From a virus (taxonomy: Duplodnaviria; Heunggongvirae; Uroviricota; Caudoviricetes), in the IMG/VR virus record IMGVR_UViG_3300041955_000143, positions 1 to 37,289 of that record: DNA of 37,289 nt. One strand, given 5' to 3'. The translations under genes and the position numbers were made by a program. Below the pieces are notes generated by a model. The model made no database searches and was not told the DNA's origin. It saw nothing but the letters and a program-made list of their open reading frames with translations. Below, piece after piece: positions 16,840-25,529 of this stretch (the first letter of the stretch is position 1; each line of letters starts with the position of its first letter).

Positions 16840-19463
16840 TGCAGCGTCGGGTGCTGGAAGGCGTTGGCCATAAGGTGATTAGCATACTGCGTCGGATGCA
16901 AGTTATCTTGTGTACAGGATTGAACAACGACCGTATTGAAACACCAATAGTATGTCCCGCCAGGGATATAGGCCGAACTGAATACATTTACCGGAGAGCC
17001 GCCTTGGAGGTCGAAATTTCCTGCGTAAGTGCTGCATCCAGTACAGCCACCGGCAACTAGGATTGCTGCGGTGTTGCCTTTGATCCAGGTATTCACCGTG
17101 TCGTTGACCGTGTAGGCAGAATTAAGCGTCTGACCTGCGATGCTTGTGAAAGTGTCTGATCCGGTCGTTTGTGTGTAGGTTGTTGTCTGCCATACTGGAC
17201 CGCCAGAACCACCGAGCAACTTTGACGAGAATGCGTATGCCTTCTGTGCATTGGCCTCGACCGTCGCTGCGCTGTTTGTATCCTGGAAGATATCATTACC
17301 GCCGTACATCACGAACATGCCAGAACAGTAGGCTAGTTCCGCAAGTCTGTTCGGGCTTGAGTTCGCTACCGTGTAATTGTTAAGCGCATCGCCACCGTCA
17401 GACTGATTAAGCACAGGATAGTACGGTTCTACGATCCGTTCGACATCGCCAAGCATACCTTCCGCGTCGTCTAGCGCATCGAGATAAGAGAAGGATCGGC
17501 TGTCGCCAGCAATGCAGTAGGTATGCTGCGTCGTCGGCCCGATAATGGCATCAGGATAGTAATAGGCGCTCCCGGTGTTAGAGGTAATTGCGGCACAGTC
17601 GGTCGTGTGGTCGCCTGGATCGCTGCCGCTGATCGTCGTGACCTCGTTAGGATGGCCAAGACCATCCTTGCTACTGTCGCGAAAATTGGTGTTGCCTTGA
17701 AAGACAAGGCCATTTCCGTTGTTGCGCCACACACGAACCCAAAAGTCCTGTCCTGCCGGTATCGTGATGGATAAAGAATCCGAGTAAAGCGTACTGACAG
17801 CCCCGGTACTTCCCTCAGCAATGCCGCTAAACAAGACCTGCGTACAAGTACCAAGCGGGTATTCAATCCCCGCCGTCATGTTGGTCGTTCCGCTCGGCCC
17901 TGTTTCTGCGCTTGGCGCGTTTGGATGATAATAGTTAGCAAGCGCGAGTTGCAGCGAAGTGATATTCTCCATCGCGCGGTGGTGCGAGCGAGACATCGAA
18001 TAGGCGCTGCTTGTCGTGGTCGGATTGCGCGTGTGATTGGCGACAATGCCGGTGTAGGAAGCAATCGGGGCAAGCACGTTCGAGTTATTCGTCGCCGTCA
18101 CCATTGCGGTATCGCTGCGGGTGTTCCACACCGTCAGATTGGCGATGACGCAATCGCAATAGTTGGAGCCAGAAGCGCAGGCGGCGCTGGATGAAAGCGA
18201 CCCGATACATTCCAGCGTGGACGCACCGATGCCATTGCTGTCGGAGACGGACACGCCGTTTAGCGCCAAGACGCGCCCGCTGCCATCGGCGCTCAGGCCG
18301 AAGTAGTTGGTGTTGTAATAGCGCGTTATCACTCCCGCAGTGTGTTTCCCGGTCGTGACGGGCCAATTCGTATAAGCCGTGCGGGCTACCGTAGAACCGT
18401 CGCCGTTGCCGAGCGCCGTAAGAGCAGTACTGGAACTGACAACCCCAAGGATCGTATGCGCGAGCGGTGCGGTGGCTGACGTATTGAGTGATTGGTCCTC
18501 GGCAAATTCCGCCGTCTGCGCGACGACACGCAGCGCGGAGCCTTCCAGCATCGTTTTCAGAGCACCGCTAGCGGTAATGACATCGGCATTGCAGGTGCCG
18601 ACAGATGACGGGCAATATGGTAGCCACGTCGTACCGACCTTTACGTCAACCCCAAACGCGAGAAGCGTCGAGCCGCCGCTGACGTTCTGCGATGTATAGC
18701 TCGGCCCCGGCGTGTAAAGCTGCGGGATGCCGTTGACCATCGCGACGTGGAGACTGACGCTGGACGTTCCGGTCGCGAGAGCGATGTAGCCGATGCGGCA
18801 CCACGTCTTGCCGCCGTAGGAGAATTTCTTGGGCTGGAATACCTTGATATTGCTGCCGGTGGTCAGCCCGCCGCCGCCATTGCCAGCGAGGATGTAACAG
18901 TTGGCCGCATCAAAATCGACGCCGCTTTTCAGCGAAGCCGTTGCAATACTCAATGCGCCGTAACTGCACTCCTGTGTCGTCACACCGCTGGCGCATGTCC
19001 CCGCCGCGAAGAAGCCGGAGACGACATAGTAATTTCCGCTTGTGACCGAGAACGAGATATTAGCGAAATGTGCGCCGCTCGATGTGTCGTCGGTTAGAGT
19101 GAAGGCGTTACTATTGCCGTCAGGCCCTGTTGCGCCAGTGGAAAAGGACGCAAGCCCGGTATTACTCCAATTAGTCGTATCCTGTGAATCAGTGATTAGG
19201 TTTGTGCCAGCCTGATAGACTTGTAAACCTTCGCTGGTGATGCAGGCATTCCCCGCCGAGGCGTAGGTGATCGCGCCCCCGATAGTCTCGCATGTCTCTT
19301 GCGTGGCTCTAGTGATGCTCAGACATGATGTTATGGTCGAGCAGTTTGTCGCCGCGCTGGTTGCGAAATTAAGCTGAATGCTTGATGGGCTGCTAGCGCC
19401 TGGAATGCCGTGCGTCCATGCAGCAAGACTGAGGATCAGCAGGATTGCAATGCGCCTTAACAT
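16836..19463 (-). CDS. Large exported-type protein with C-terminal SGNH/GDSL esterase domain (875 aa)
   Basis: MLRRIAILLILSLAAWTHG; IAGDSRS (block I), GGD (II), YGGNDI (III), DNLHP (V); N-terminal LITDSQDTTNWS and lectin-like beta regions. Confidence 0.75.
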   Translation of the reverse strand: MLRRIAILLILSLAAWTHGIPGASSPSSIQLNFATSAATNCSTITSCLSITRATQETCETIGGAITYASAGNACITSEGLQVYQAGTNLITDSQDTTNWSNTGLASFSTGATGPDGNSNAFTLTDDTSSGAHFANISFSVTSGNYYVVSGFFAAGTCASGVTTQECSYGALSIATASLKSGVDFDAANCYILAGNGGGGLTTGSNIKVFQPKKFSYGGKTWCRIGYIALATGTSSVSLHVAMVNGIPQLYTPGPSYTSQNVSGGSTLLAFGVDVKVGTTWLPYCPSSVGTCNADVITASGALKTMLEGSALRVVAQTAEFAEDQSLNTSATAPLAHTILGVVSSSTALTALGNGDGSTVARTAYTNWPVTTGKHTAGVITRYYNTNYFGLSADGSGRVLALNGVSVSDSNGIGASTLECIGSLSSSAACASGSNYCDCVIANLTVWNTRSDTAMVTATNNSNVLAPIASYTGIVANHTRNPTTTSSAYSMSRSHHRAMENITSLQLALANYYHPNAPSAETGPSGTTNMTAGIEYPLGTCTQVLFSGIAEGSTGAVSTLYSDSLSITIPAGQDFWVRVWRNNGNGLVFQGNTNFRDSSKDGLGHPNEVTTISGSDPGDHTTDCAAITSNTGSAYYYPDAIIGPTTQHTYCIAGDSRSFSYLDALDDAEGMLGDVERIVEPYYPVLNQSDGGDALNNYTVANSSPNRLAELAYCSGMFVMYGGNDIFQDTNSAATVEANAQKAYAFSSKLLGGSGGPVWQTTTYTQTTGSDTFTSIAGQTLNSAYTVNDTVNTWIKGNTAAILVAGGCTGCSTYAGNFDLQGGSPVNVFSSAYIPGGTYYWCFNTVVVQSCTQDNLHPTQYANHLMANAFQHPTLQ

Positions 19464-20701
19464 GCGCTGCTAATGCCCCAGTAGTTCGACGCATTGGTGC
19501 AATAGGTATTCACGTTGGCGGTCGTCAGTCCTGTGGTCCCAGCGTACCAAGCACCCTCGACAAAATAACCTGTGAGATAGTTCGATGCACAGGTTGCGTT
19601 ACCACCGATGCAAAAACCCGTACCGCCACTTGTCCCGACATTGACTGTCCCAGTTCCGGTGGTGCCGTCCCAATAAAGAGTGGCAGAGGTAGTTGGAAAC
19701 ATGGCAGCAATTACATGCCATGCCGCGTCGGTGACGCTGGCTGCTCCGGACGCCAGAGTTGTACCAAGATTGTAAAATCCTATTTCGCTGGTCGCCGCAT
19801 AAAATGACAGTAGATCATTCGTCTTGGAAATAACGTCCATTCTCGATGTGGAAGTGGGATTCCGGTTAGCTACGGCAATTAGATTGCCATACGTCGCGCT
19901 AGTTATCGTTGCTTTAAGTTGGGTAGAGTTAATGCCAATGAATTGCAGGCATGGTAGGCTTCCTATACAACTAAATGCGAGTGTTGGTTTTTGGGTATTT
20001 GTGGTAGACGTGGCATTATTGCTTCCCACTTGGTCATAAAGCGTACCAACAACGCAGTGGCCAGACGACGCGCCGCACCATGTCGGCAAATTAGTGGAAC
20101 CTGCACAATAAGTCGTCGTTAAATCCAACGCTCCATATATATTAGAAATGCCGGTGCAAGAAGAAGCGTAAGCATCTCCTGATCTCTGGAAAATCGCGAT
20201 ATTGGCGGTAGCTGCAGCCTGCGCTTGATTGTAGGCCCGTATCCCGTACCAATCGGTCGTGGATGCCGCGAGTGTCATATCGCCAGGGCCGAAATAATTC
20301 CCGGTGATCGTCTCGGCTTGCGTATATGGCGATCCTGTCGCACCAGCAATCGTATTGACGATATTGATGCTGTAGCTGCCTGCCTGCACGACGCCGTTGG
20401 TTTCCAGGCTGGTGCCGCTTATCTGGAAGCTAGCAGCATTAGTGCCGGAAAGCGTAAAAGCGTTCGCTGCACAACTTCCTGTCGTGCTTGAACTGATCGT
20501 CCCGATCACCGTGCCGCTTGATGCCGGGCCATTGAAAGTATTGGCACTGAGACTGACGGAGTTGATCGTGCAGGAACCGCCGGACGATTTAACTGTAAGT
20601 GCGTTTGTGTCCTGAAAGGTACCGGGGGCAAAACCCGGCAATACGGATGTCTGCCCTGACAACAACAGGGCTGCCAGGAGCGCAAAAATTACCTTCCGCA
20701 T
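19457..20701 (-). CDS. Exported-type protein with cadherin/Ig-like domain and ConA-like lectin domain (414 aa)
   Basis: MRKVIFALLAALLLSG|Q; SGTVIGTIS...FTLSGTNAASFQISG..L (cadherin-like); WYGIRAY, LYDQVG.NNAT, WHVIA, LYWDG, YFVEGAWY (LamG/AbfB-like). Confidence 0.65.
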   Translation of the reverse strand: MRKVIFALLAALLLSGQTSVLPGFAPGTFQDTNALTVKSSGGSCTINSVSLSANTFNGPASSGTVIGTISSSTTGSCAANAFTLSGTNAASFQISGTSLETNGVVQAGSYSINIVNTIAGATGSPYTQAETITGNYFGPGDMTLAASTTDWYGIRAYNQAQAAATANIAIFQRSGDAYASSCTGISNIYGALDLTTTYCAGSTNLPTWCGASSGHCVVGTLYDQVGSNNATSTTNTQKPTLAFSCIGSLPCLQFIGINSTQLKATITSATYGNLIAVANRNPTSTSRMDVISKTNDLLSFYAATSEIGFYNLGTTLASGAASVTDAAWHVIAAMFPTTSATLYWDGTTGTGTVNVGTSGGTGFCIGGNATCASNYLTGYFVEGAWYAGTTGLTTANVNTYCTNASNYWGISSAC

Positions 20702-22899
20702 TAGCTGAATTTCCCAACACAGACGACGCTGACGTTCGCGCCCGTTGTAACTTTCCAGGCTCCACTAACGCTCTTGGCTCCAACAGGAATTGTGAAGGGA
20801 ACGAGCGTAAGCAACGCCGTGGTGCCGCCACCTGGATAACTGTAGATCGCTGTTGAGTTATCCAGAATAGTTACAACACCTGGCGCAGTCGTCGCAGGAA
20901 CAATCGTGCAATGGGAGAGATAGTCACCAGTTGCCCCCGTCGAACTTTGTAATACTTGTGCTGTCTGCGAAGCAGCAATGGTCACATAGAAATTCGCTCC
21001 GTTAAATACTGGAACATTAGGCTGCTCTGCCGAATTGATCTGTACTACAACGGACGTATCGGTGGCGGCAGCAGCAGTCGAAGCCGCCTTCACCGTCGCC
21101 GCCGTGGTACACGGATTGGTCGCGCCGTTCCCACCATCGCAAAGACCCACGCCGCCGATAGGCACTTTGACAGCTTGCGAAGGAACCGCGCTCGTAATCC
21201 CGTTATAAATACCCTTGAGATAGCCATCGAGGCTGGTCGAACCAGAACCGGCATAGGCCGTATCCGTGCCGTTGGTGATATCCACGACCGCGCCAGAAGC
21301 GAGAGAGCCGGAAGCGTAGGCACCGGAAAGAACCGACCCGCTGACGAAGGCACCAGCGGACACGGCACCGGCTGCAATGGCCCCGCTGGCAATTCCCCCG
21401 CTCGCAATACTTACACTGATCGGCGTCATGCTGGCGATGCCTTGGACAGTCAATACGCCAGTGCCCGCCGAACCAGCAGTGCCCGTTGCTGCGCCGCCGA
21501 CCTTGCCGATGTTGACATAGGCCATACGGTCAATGGTCATCTGCACCGTGCAGCCTTTGCCGGTGGTGCAACTAGCACCGCCGCCAGAAACGTATTCACC
21601 GCCGACAGGCGTGAAACTGGTCGAAGCCTCGGTAAAGGTCGCGCCATCCGCTATTGCCGTTCCGCCAGAACCAGCCCCAGCCTTAATGTTCACATTAAGG
21701 TTGCCACTGGCATCCAGTTGCAATGCGGCCTGCTGGCCGGTCGTGAGGGTAACGCCGGCTGAAACGTACTCTCCACCAGCCAGCAACGAATTTGCCGCCG
21801 CTGTACCAGGAGCCTTCGATCCTTGGAAAGTCAGAAGATCAACCATTGCGCCAGTTGCAAATGCGCCAGAAACGACTTGCCCACTGGCAATCGAGACTGG
21901 CTGCGTAGCTTGATAGAATGTCCCAGTGACCGGAAAAGTACCGCCAGTGCCGGTAACAAGGAACGCATTGGTGTTCGACGCCGAATCTTTCAAATCAATC
22001 CGAACACCGCCGCTCGAGGGCGAGATGCTGAGCGCCCACAAGTCCCCATTCGTCGCTGTCGGGGCATTTGTCGAGGCAAGGCCCATAACGGGCGTGAACG
22101 TCTGGGCTGAATACGTTGCGCCCTGCGCTATCCCCGCCGGGGCGACACTCGCCGCGACATTGACCTTGAGAAAGCCATTGGCATCGCTTTGCAGGGCGGC
22201 AGATTGAGTATTTGTGACTGTGATAGGCGTGGAGTTATAAATTGCCCCGCCAACTAAAGCATTCGTTGGCGCGGATCCGGCGCCTACTGTCGCAAGTCCC
22301 CAAGTTGCAATCGTACCAGGATTTATCAGGAGCGGCGTCATGCTGGCGATGCCCTGTACGGTCAGGACACCAGTCCCGGCGCTTCCCGCTGTACCTGTCG
22401 CCGCGCCGCCGACCTTACCGATGTTTACATAGGCCATGCGGTCGATAGTCATCTGCACCGTGCAGCCCTTGCCCGTCGTACAGTTCGCACCGCCGCCGGA
22501 GACGTACTCGCCGCCGATAGGAGTGAACGAGGTCGAAGCCTCCGTGAACGTCGCACCATCAGCGATGGCTGTTCCTCCCGAACCGGCTCCGGCGACGATA
22601 TTAACCGGCAGGCCATGCGTCGCATCGACCTGCGTGCCGCTACCGCTCGCAGAACCGAACACTGGCTGGACGTAGAGGCCACCCCCGAGGCTTTCGTAGA
22701 TCGCGTTGGAACCGGGCGTAAGACCTGACGACAATGTGGCCGCCGCCGTCGCGCTGGTGGTCGCGCTGATCGAGCCGATTATCGGCATCGGATTGCCGGT
22801 GCTAACCGGGGCTCCGTTCACGATCGGAACGACGTTTTGCGCGTCTGCTCCGGCGCAAGCGAGGATCCAGAAGGCGAGGCCGACGATTATCCGTTTCAT
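20701..22899 (-). CDS. Exported-type fibre-like protein with internal ~87-aa duplication (732 aa)
   Basis: Start re-called at ATG 22899 (TGATG overlap): MKRIIVGLAFWILACAGADA|QN; Gly/Ala/Thr-rich; C-terminal small beta-sandwich. Confidence 0.7.
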   Translation of the reverse strand: MKRIIVGLAFWILACAGADAQNVVPIVNGAPVSTGNPMPIIGSISATTSATAAATLSSGLTPGSNAIYESLGGGLYVQPVFGSASGSGTQVDATHGLPVNIVAGAGSGGTAIADGATFTEASTSFTPIGGEYVSGGGANCTTGKGCTVQMTIDRMAYVNIGKVGGAATGTAGSAGTGVLTVQGIASMTPLLINPGTIATWGLATVGAGSAPTNALVGGAIYNSTPITVTNTQSAALQSDANGFLKVNVAASVAPAGIAQGATYSAQTFTPVMGLASTNAPTATNGDLWALSISPSSGGVRIDLKDSASNTNAFLVTGTGGTFPVTGTFYQATQPVSIASGQVVSGAFATGAMVDLLTFQGSKAPGTAAANSLLAGGEYVSAGVTLTTGQQAALQLDASGNLNVNIKAGAGSGGTAIADGATFTEASTSFTPVGGEYVSGGGASCTTGKGCTVQMTIDRMAYVNIGKVGGAATGTAGSAGTGVLTVQGIASMTPISVSIASGGIASGAIAAGAVSAGAFVSGSVLSGAYASGSLASGAVVDITNGTDTAYAGSGSTSLDGYLKGIYNGITSAVPSQAVKVPIGGVGLCDGGNGATNPCTTAATVKAASTAAAATDTSVVVQINSAEQPNVPVFNGANFYVTIAASQTAQVLQSSTGATGDYLSHCTIVPATTAPGVVTILDNSTAIYSYPGGGTTALLTLVPFTIPVGAKSVSGAWKVTTGANVSVVCVGKFS
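21422..21681 (-). repeat. Copy 2 of ~260-bp intragenic repeat
   Basis: Encodes AGAGSGGTAIADGATFTEASTSFTPVGGEYVSGGGASCTTGKGCTVQMTIDRMAYVNIGKVGGAATGTAGSAGTGVLTVQGIASMTP. Confidence 0.9.
22334..22594 (-). repeat. Copy 1 of ~260-bp intragenic repeat
   Basis: Same peptide with only I/V and N/S differences; many third-position DNA differences. Confidence 0.9.
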
Positions 22900-23792
22900 C
22901 AGCCAGCCCCCGCCTGTACGAATCTCACCCGCAATTCGCCAGTACCGGAATTGATGAGCACCCGACCGGCAGTACATGCACCGTTCACCGAATTGGGAAG
23001 CACGCCGTCGATCGTGGCAGACGCACCGACAATAACGGAAGAATTGAAGGCCAGCGGGAACAGCGCGCCGCCCTCGAGATTGTTCGGATCGTCGTAGGTG
23101 TATTGCAGTGTGAAATTGACCGATCCGCTGACGAGCTCGATCCCCACTCCTATGCTCATCGGGGCATAGCCGCGCCAGTTGAACGATACCCACGGCGAGG
23201 ATCCTACGCCATTCGTCCCCGCAGTAAGCGCGGTCAGGCCGCCGCCGACCGGCGTAAGGCTCGAGACAGTCACGAAGTCGAGATTTGATTGCGCCGCCCC
23301 GCTGCTGCCGACCGCGACGTCCGTGATCGTGTTTCCTGCAGCATTGGTGCCGACGATGGTGAAGCTGGTATCGGTGCCGGTGTAGGCGAGGACCACTCGG
23401 CGCCCGATCGCCGAATTTGCCGCCGTCGCCGTGTCGATAGTCGCTGCGCTGGTAAAGACAATCGTGTCGCCGCTGCCGACGCCAGCGCCGCCAATCGGGG
23501 TACTCAGCGTGACCGTCTTGGCAGCCGAACTGATGCCGACAATCGTGGTGCCGGCTGGAATTACGTTTGCCGTGGTGTCGGAGACAGGCTGGCCAACGAC
23601 CAGGCCAGTAACCGAGGTCAGCGTCAGTACGCTCGTACCGGCCGCCGCAGCCGCCGTGGTCGTCGTTGAAAGATAATGGGTCGTGGAGCCGTTCAGGACC
23701 AGCGGAACGCCTGCCGACCCGCTCTGGCTCGTACAGATGTTAGTGCTGCCGGCCGCCGCTAGCTGCTTGGTAAAGACCGTCCTTAGAGCCAC
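22899..23792 (-). CDS. Virion structural protein, no signal peptide (297 aa, GTG start)
   Basis: GAGGTGG SD; ICTSQSGSAGVPLVLNG N-terminus and SGSVNFTLQYTYDDP C-terminal domain typical of phage structural proteins; inserted TGLVVGQPV...IPAGTTIV module. Confidence 0.7.
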   Translation of the reverse strand: MALRTVFTKQLAAAGSTNICTSQSGSAGVPLVLNGSTTHYLSTTTTAAAAAGTSVLTLTSVTGLVVGQPVSDTTANVIPAGTTIVGISSAAKTVTLSTPIGGAGVGSGDTIVFTSAATIDTATAANSAIGRRVVLAYTGTDTSFTIVGTNAAGNTITDVAVGSSGAAQSNLDFVTVSSLTPVGGGLTALTAGTNGVGSSPWVSFNWRGYAPMSIGVGIELVSGSVNFTLQYTYDDPNNLEGGALFPLAFNSSVIVGASATIDGVLPNSVNGACTAGRVLINSGTGELRVRFVQAGAG

Positions 23793-23801
23793 GCGCCACC
23801 T

Positions 23802-24053
23802 CTATTCCCCGCGCGGCGCTCGGTCCGCTCTGTGCTTCGGTTTCTCGCCCTCGCCGCTGACCTTGATGCCTGGAAACTTGCGATGGACAGCAGCGCGAAC
23901 CTTGGCCTTCTTTTCGGGCGAGCCGTGCTGACTAACCCGCGCAAGCGCATTCCGGCCATGATCTTCGTCAGGTATCGGGTAGGCCCGCTCCTCCGGAAAG
24001 ATGAAGCTGCCTGATTTCAGGTGCTTCCGCGCTCGGTAAGTCAGCCTTGCCAT
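23802..24053 (-). CDS. Small basic phage head-associated protein (83 aa; DUF6582-like motif)
   Basis: LTYRARKHLKSGSFIFPEERAYPIPDEDHGRNALARV motif; DUF number is from memory. Confidence 0.65.
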   Translation of the reverse strand: MARLTYRARKHLKSGSFIFPEERAYPIPDEDHGRNALARVSQHGSPEKKAKVRAAVHRKFPGIKVSGEGEKPKHRADRAPRGE

Positions 24054-24065
24054 ACCAAGGCCACC

Positions 24066-24443
24066 TCAGTCGGACGGCTCGCCGGATTCGCTTAGTTCTC
24101 CTGGAGTTACGTGCTTTACGGTGCTCGCGGTGCTCAAAGGCACGCGATTTGCGCCGACGCCGCCGCCCCTCTTCCGGCCCGGAATACTCATTCCATGCCT
24201 ATGATGCATACTGTGACCCTTGACCTCGTGGTGCGGTTCCTTGCCGTCGACCTTGCCGCCGCGAGCCCGCTTGTCGGCCCGATGCTTCGGCTTGTGGCCT
24301 TCGCCATCCACATGCCCGCCGCGCCGGAGGTGCTCGCCCTCGGTCTTCTCTTCGGCTTCCTTGGCCGCATTGGTTTCGCCGCCAGCTTCCCAGACGGGCT
24401 TGGTCGAGCCACCGCGGGCCCGTTTGTGTCTTGCTCGGCTCAT
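24066..24443 (-). CDS. Basic His/Arg/Gly-rich protein with repeated RxRGG motifs (125 aa)
   Basis: AGAGGA SD; KRARGGS, WEAGGE, LRRGGHV, KRARGGKV, RKRGGGV. Confidence 0.7.
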   Translation of the reverse strand: MSRARHKRARGGSTKPVWEAGGETNAAKEAEEKTEGEHLRRGGHVDGEGHKPKHRADKRARGGKVDGKEPHHEVKGHSMHHRHGMSIPGRKRGGGVGANRVPLSTASTVKHVTPGELSESGEPSD

Positions 24444-24514
24444 CGCTCAGTCCTCTAGGCCCGGATCCGTGGGCTCGGCCGCTGGATTTGACCCGCCAGC
24501 GATCAGGTTAGCGG

Positions 24515-25471
24515 TTAGGTCGCCTTGATACCGATACCCGTGGTCGTCGCGCCGGCCGCGCTGATCTGGTTCACATAGACCGGACCTGTGGTAGCTATTG
24601 CCGTGGCACCGATCGAGATACAGCCGTTTAGGATGACGCTGGCCGATCCGGCGTTGGTGATCGCCGCAGACATTGCCGTGGCACCAGAATCGATGGCGTT
24701 GATCAGCGCGCATTCCTGAAGCAGTAGGAAACGGTCGATGGCAGCCGCAGCCGCGGTGATATGCACGTCCGAAGCATCGCTGACGTTGGCTTGGAACAGG
24801 CAGCGCAGCATTCTCGTCCGCGCCGATCCGCCAATCACCTCCATAGAGGCGTTCGCATTCGTCGCCCTGACAATCGTGTCGAGGCCGATCGTGCAATCCT
24901 CGAACACGTTCTCGTCCGATGCCGTCACGGTGAGCGAGCGCATGCCAGCGAGAGCCGCCGTCGTCGCGTCGCCGCCGCCGTAGAACTGGCAGTTCTTGTA
25001 GTAATTCCGGCCGCCGCCGCTCGCACCTTCGTTCCAGCATACTTGCGAACCCGTCGCCCCGGTAAAGCCGCCGTGGAACGTGCCGATATTGATGAAGTTG
25101 CAGCCGTACCCGGTCACGTTGACCAGCGGGCTAAACGCCGTCGCCCCGGTCGCGGAAATGCGCGCCCGATTGCTGTTGCTCGGCGCCGTAAGCCCGATGA
25201 GATGGGTCATGTTGTTGGCCCAAGTCACCGTCGCCGTGGTATGGACGGTCCCGGACAGGAACACCACATCGTTGTTGCCGTTCTGCGTGAGCGCCAACGC
25301 CTGTGTCAGCGTCGCCAACGGATCCTGCGGACCGCCAGTATTGCCGTCCGAGCCGTTTGTCGCGTCAACCCAGAATTGATTCCCCGTAAATGGCGGGGTG
25401 CCGGCGATGCCGAACAGCGGCATGCCAAATTGATTCTGGATACCGCCTCGAGATTGATTGAACAGAGCCAT
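24515..25471 (-). CDS. Beta-helix virion protein, possible head fibre (318 aa), no signal peptide
   Basis: FWVDATNGSDGNTG..QDPLATLTQAL...NDVVFL beta-helix cap; repeated (N/E/R)C.F turns; AGAGGA SD. Confidence 0.75.
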   Translation of the reverse strand: MALFNQSRGGIQNQFGMPLFGIAGTPPFTGNQFWVDATNGSDGNTGGPQDPLATLTQALALTQNGNNDVVFLSGTVHTTATVTWANNMTHLIGLTAPSNSNRARISATGATAFSPLVNVTGYGCNFINIGTFHGGFTGATGSQVCWNEGASGGGRNYYKNCQFYGGGDATTAALAGMRSLTVTASDENVFEDCTIGLDTIVRATNANASMEVIGGSARTRMLRCLFQANVSDASDVHITAAAAAIDRFLLLQECALINAIDSGATAMSAAITNAGSASVILNGCISIGATAIATTGPVYVNQISAAGATTTGIGIKAT

Positions 25472-25529
25472 TTTGTATCCTCTTGTTCGGCGTCACGTCC
25501 CGCGCCGATCTTCGGGGGTTGGCTAGTCC

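Noticed and set aside
20956-21762. Long plus-strand ORFs (e.g. 20956-21762, 24761-25645, 3869-4465, 6850-7437)
   Set aside because: Antisense shadows of GC-rich, Gly/Ala/Thr-rich minus-strand genes; no SD, no domain motifs
24480-24501. Intergenic hairpin containing GGGTCAAATCC, resembling a tRNA T-loop
   Set aside because: No acceptor, D or anticodon arms around it; not a tRNA, at most a small processing or stability hairpin
25488-25510. Hairpin TCGGCG...CGCCGA upstream of the 318-aa gene containing a GGCGC sequence
   Set aside because: The motif is in the opposite orientation to the GCGCC loops of the capsid leader and is not in a loop, so it is not counted as another copy
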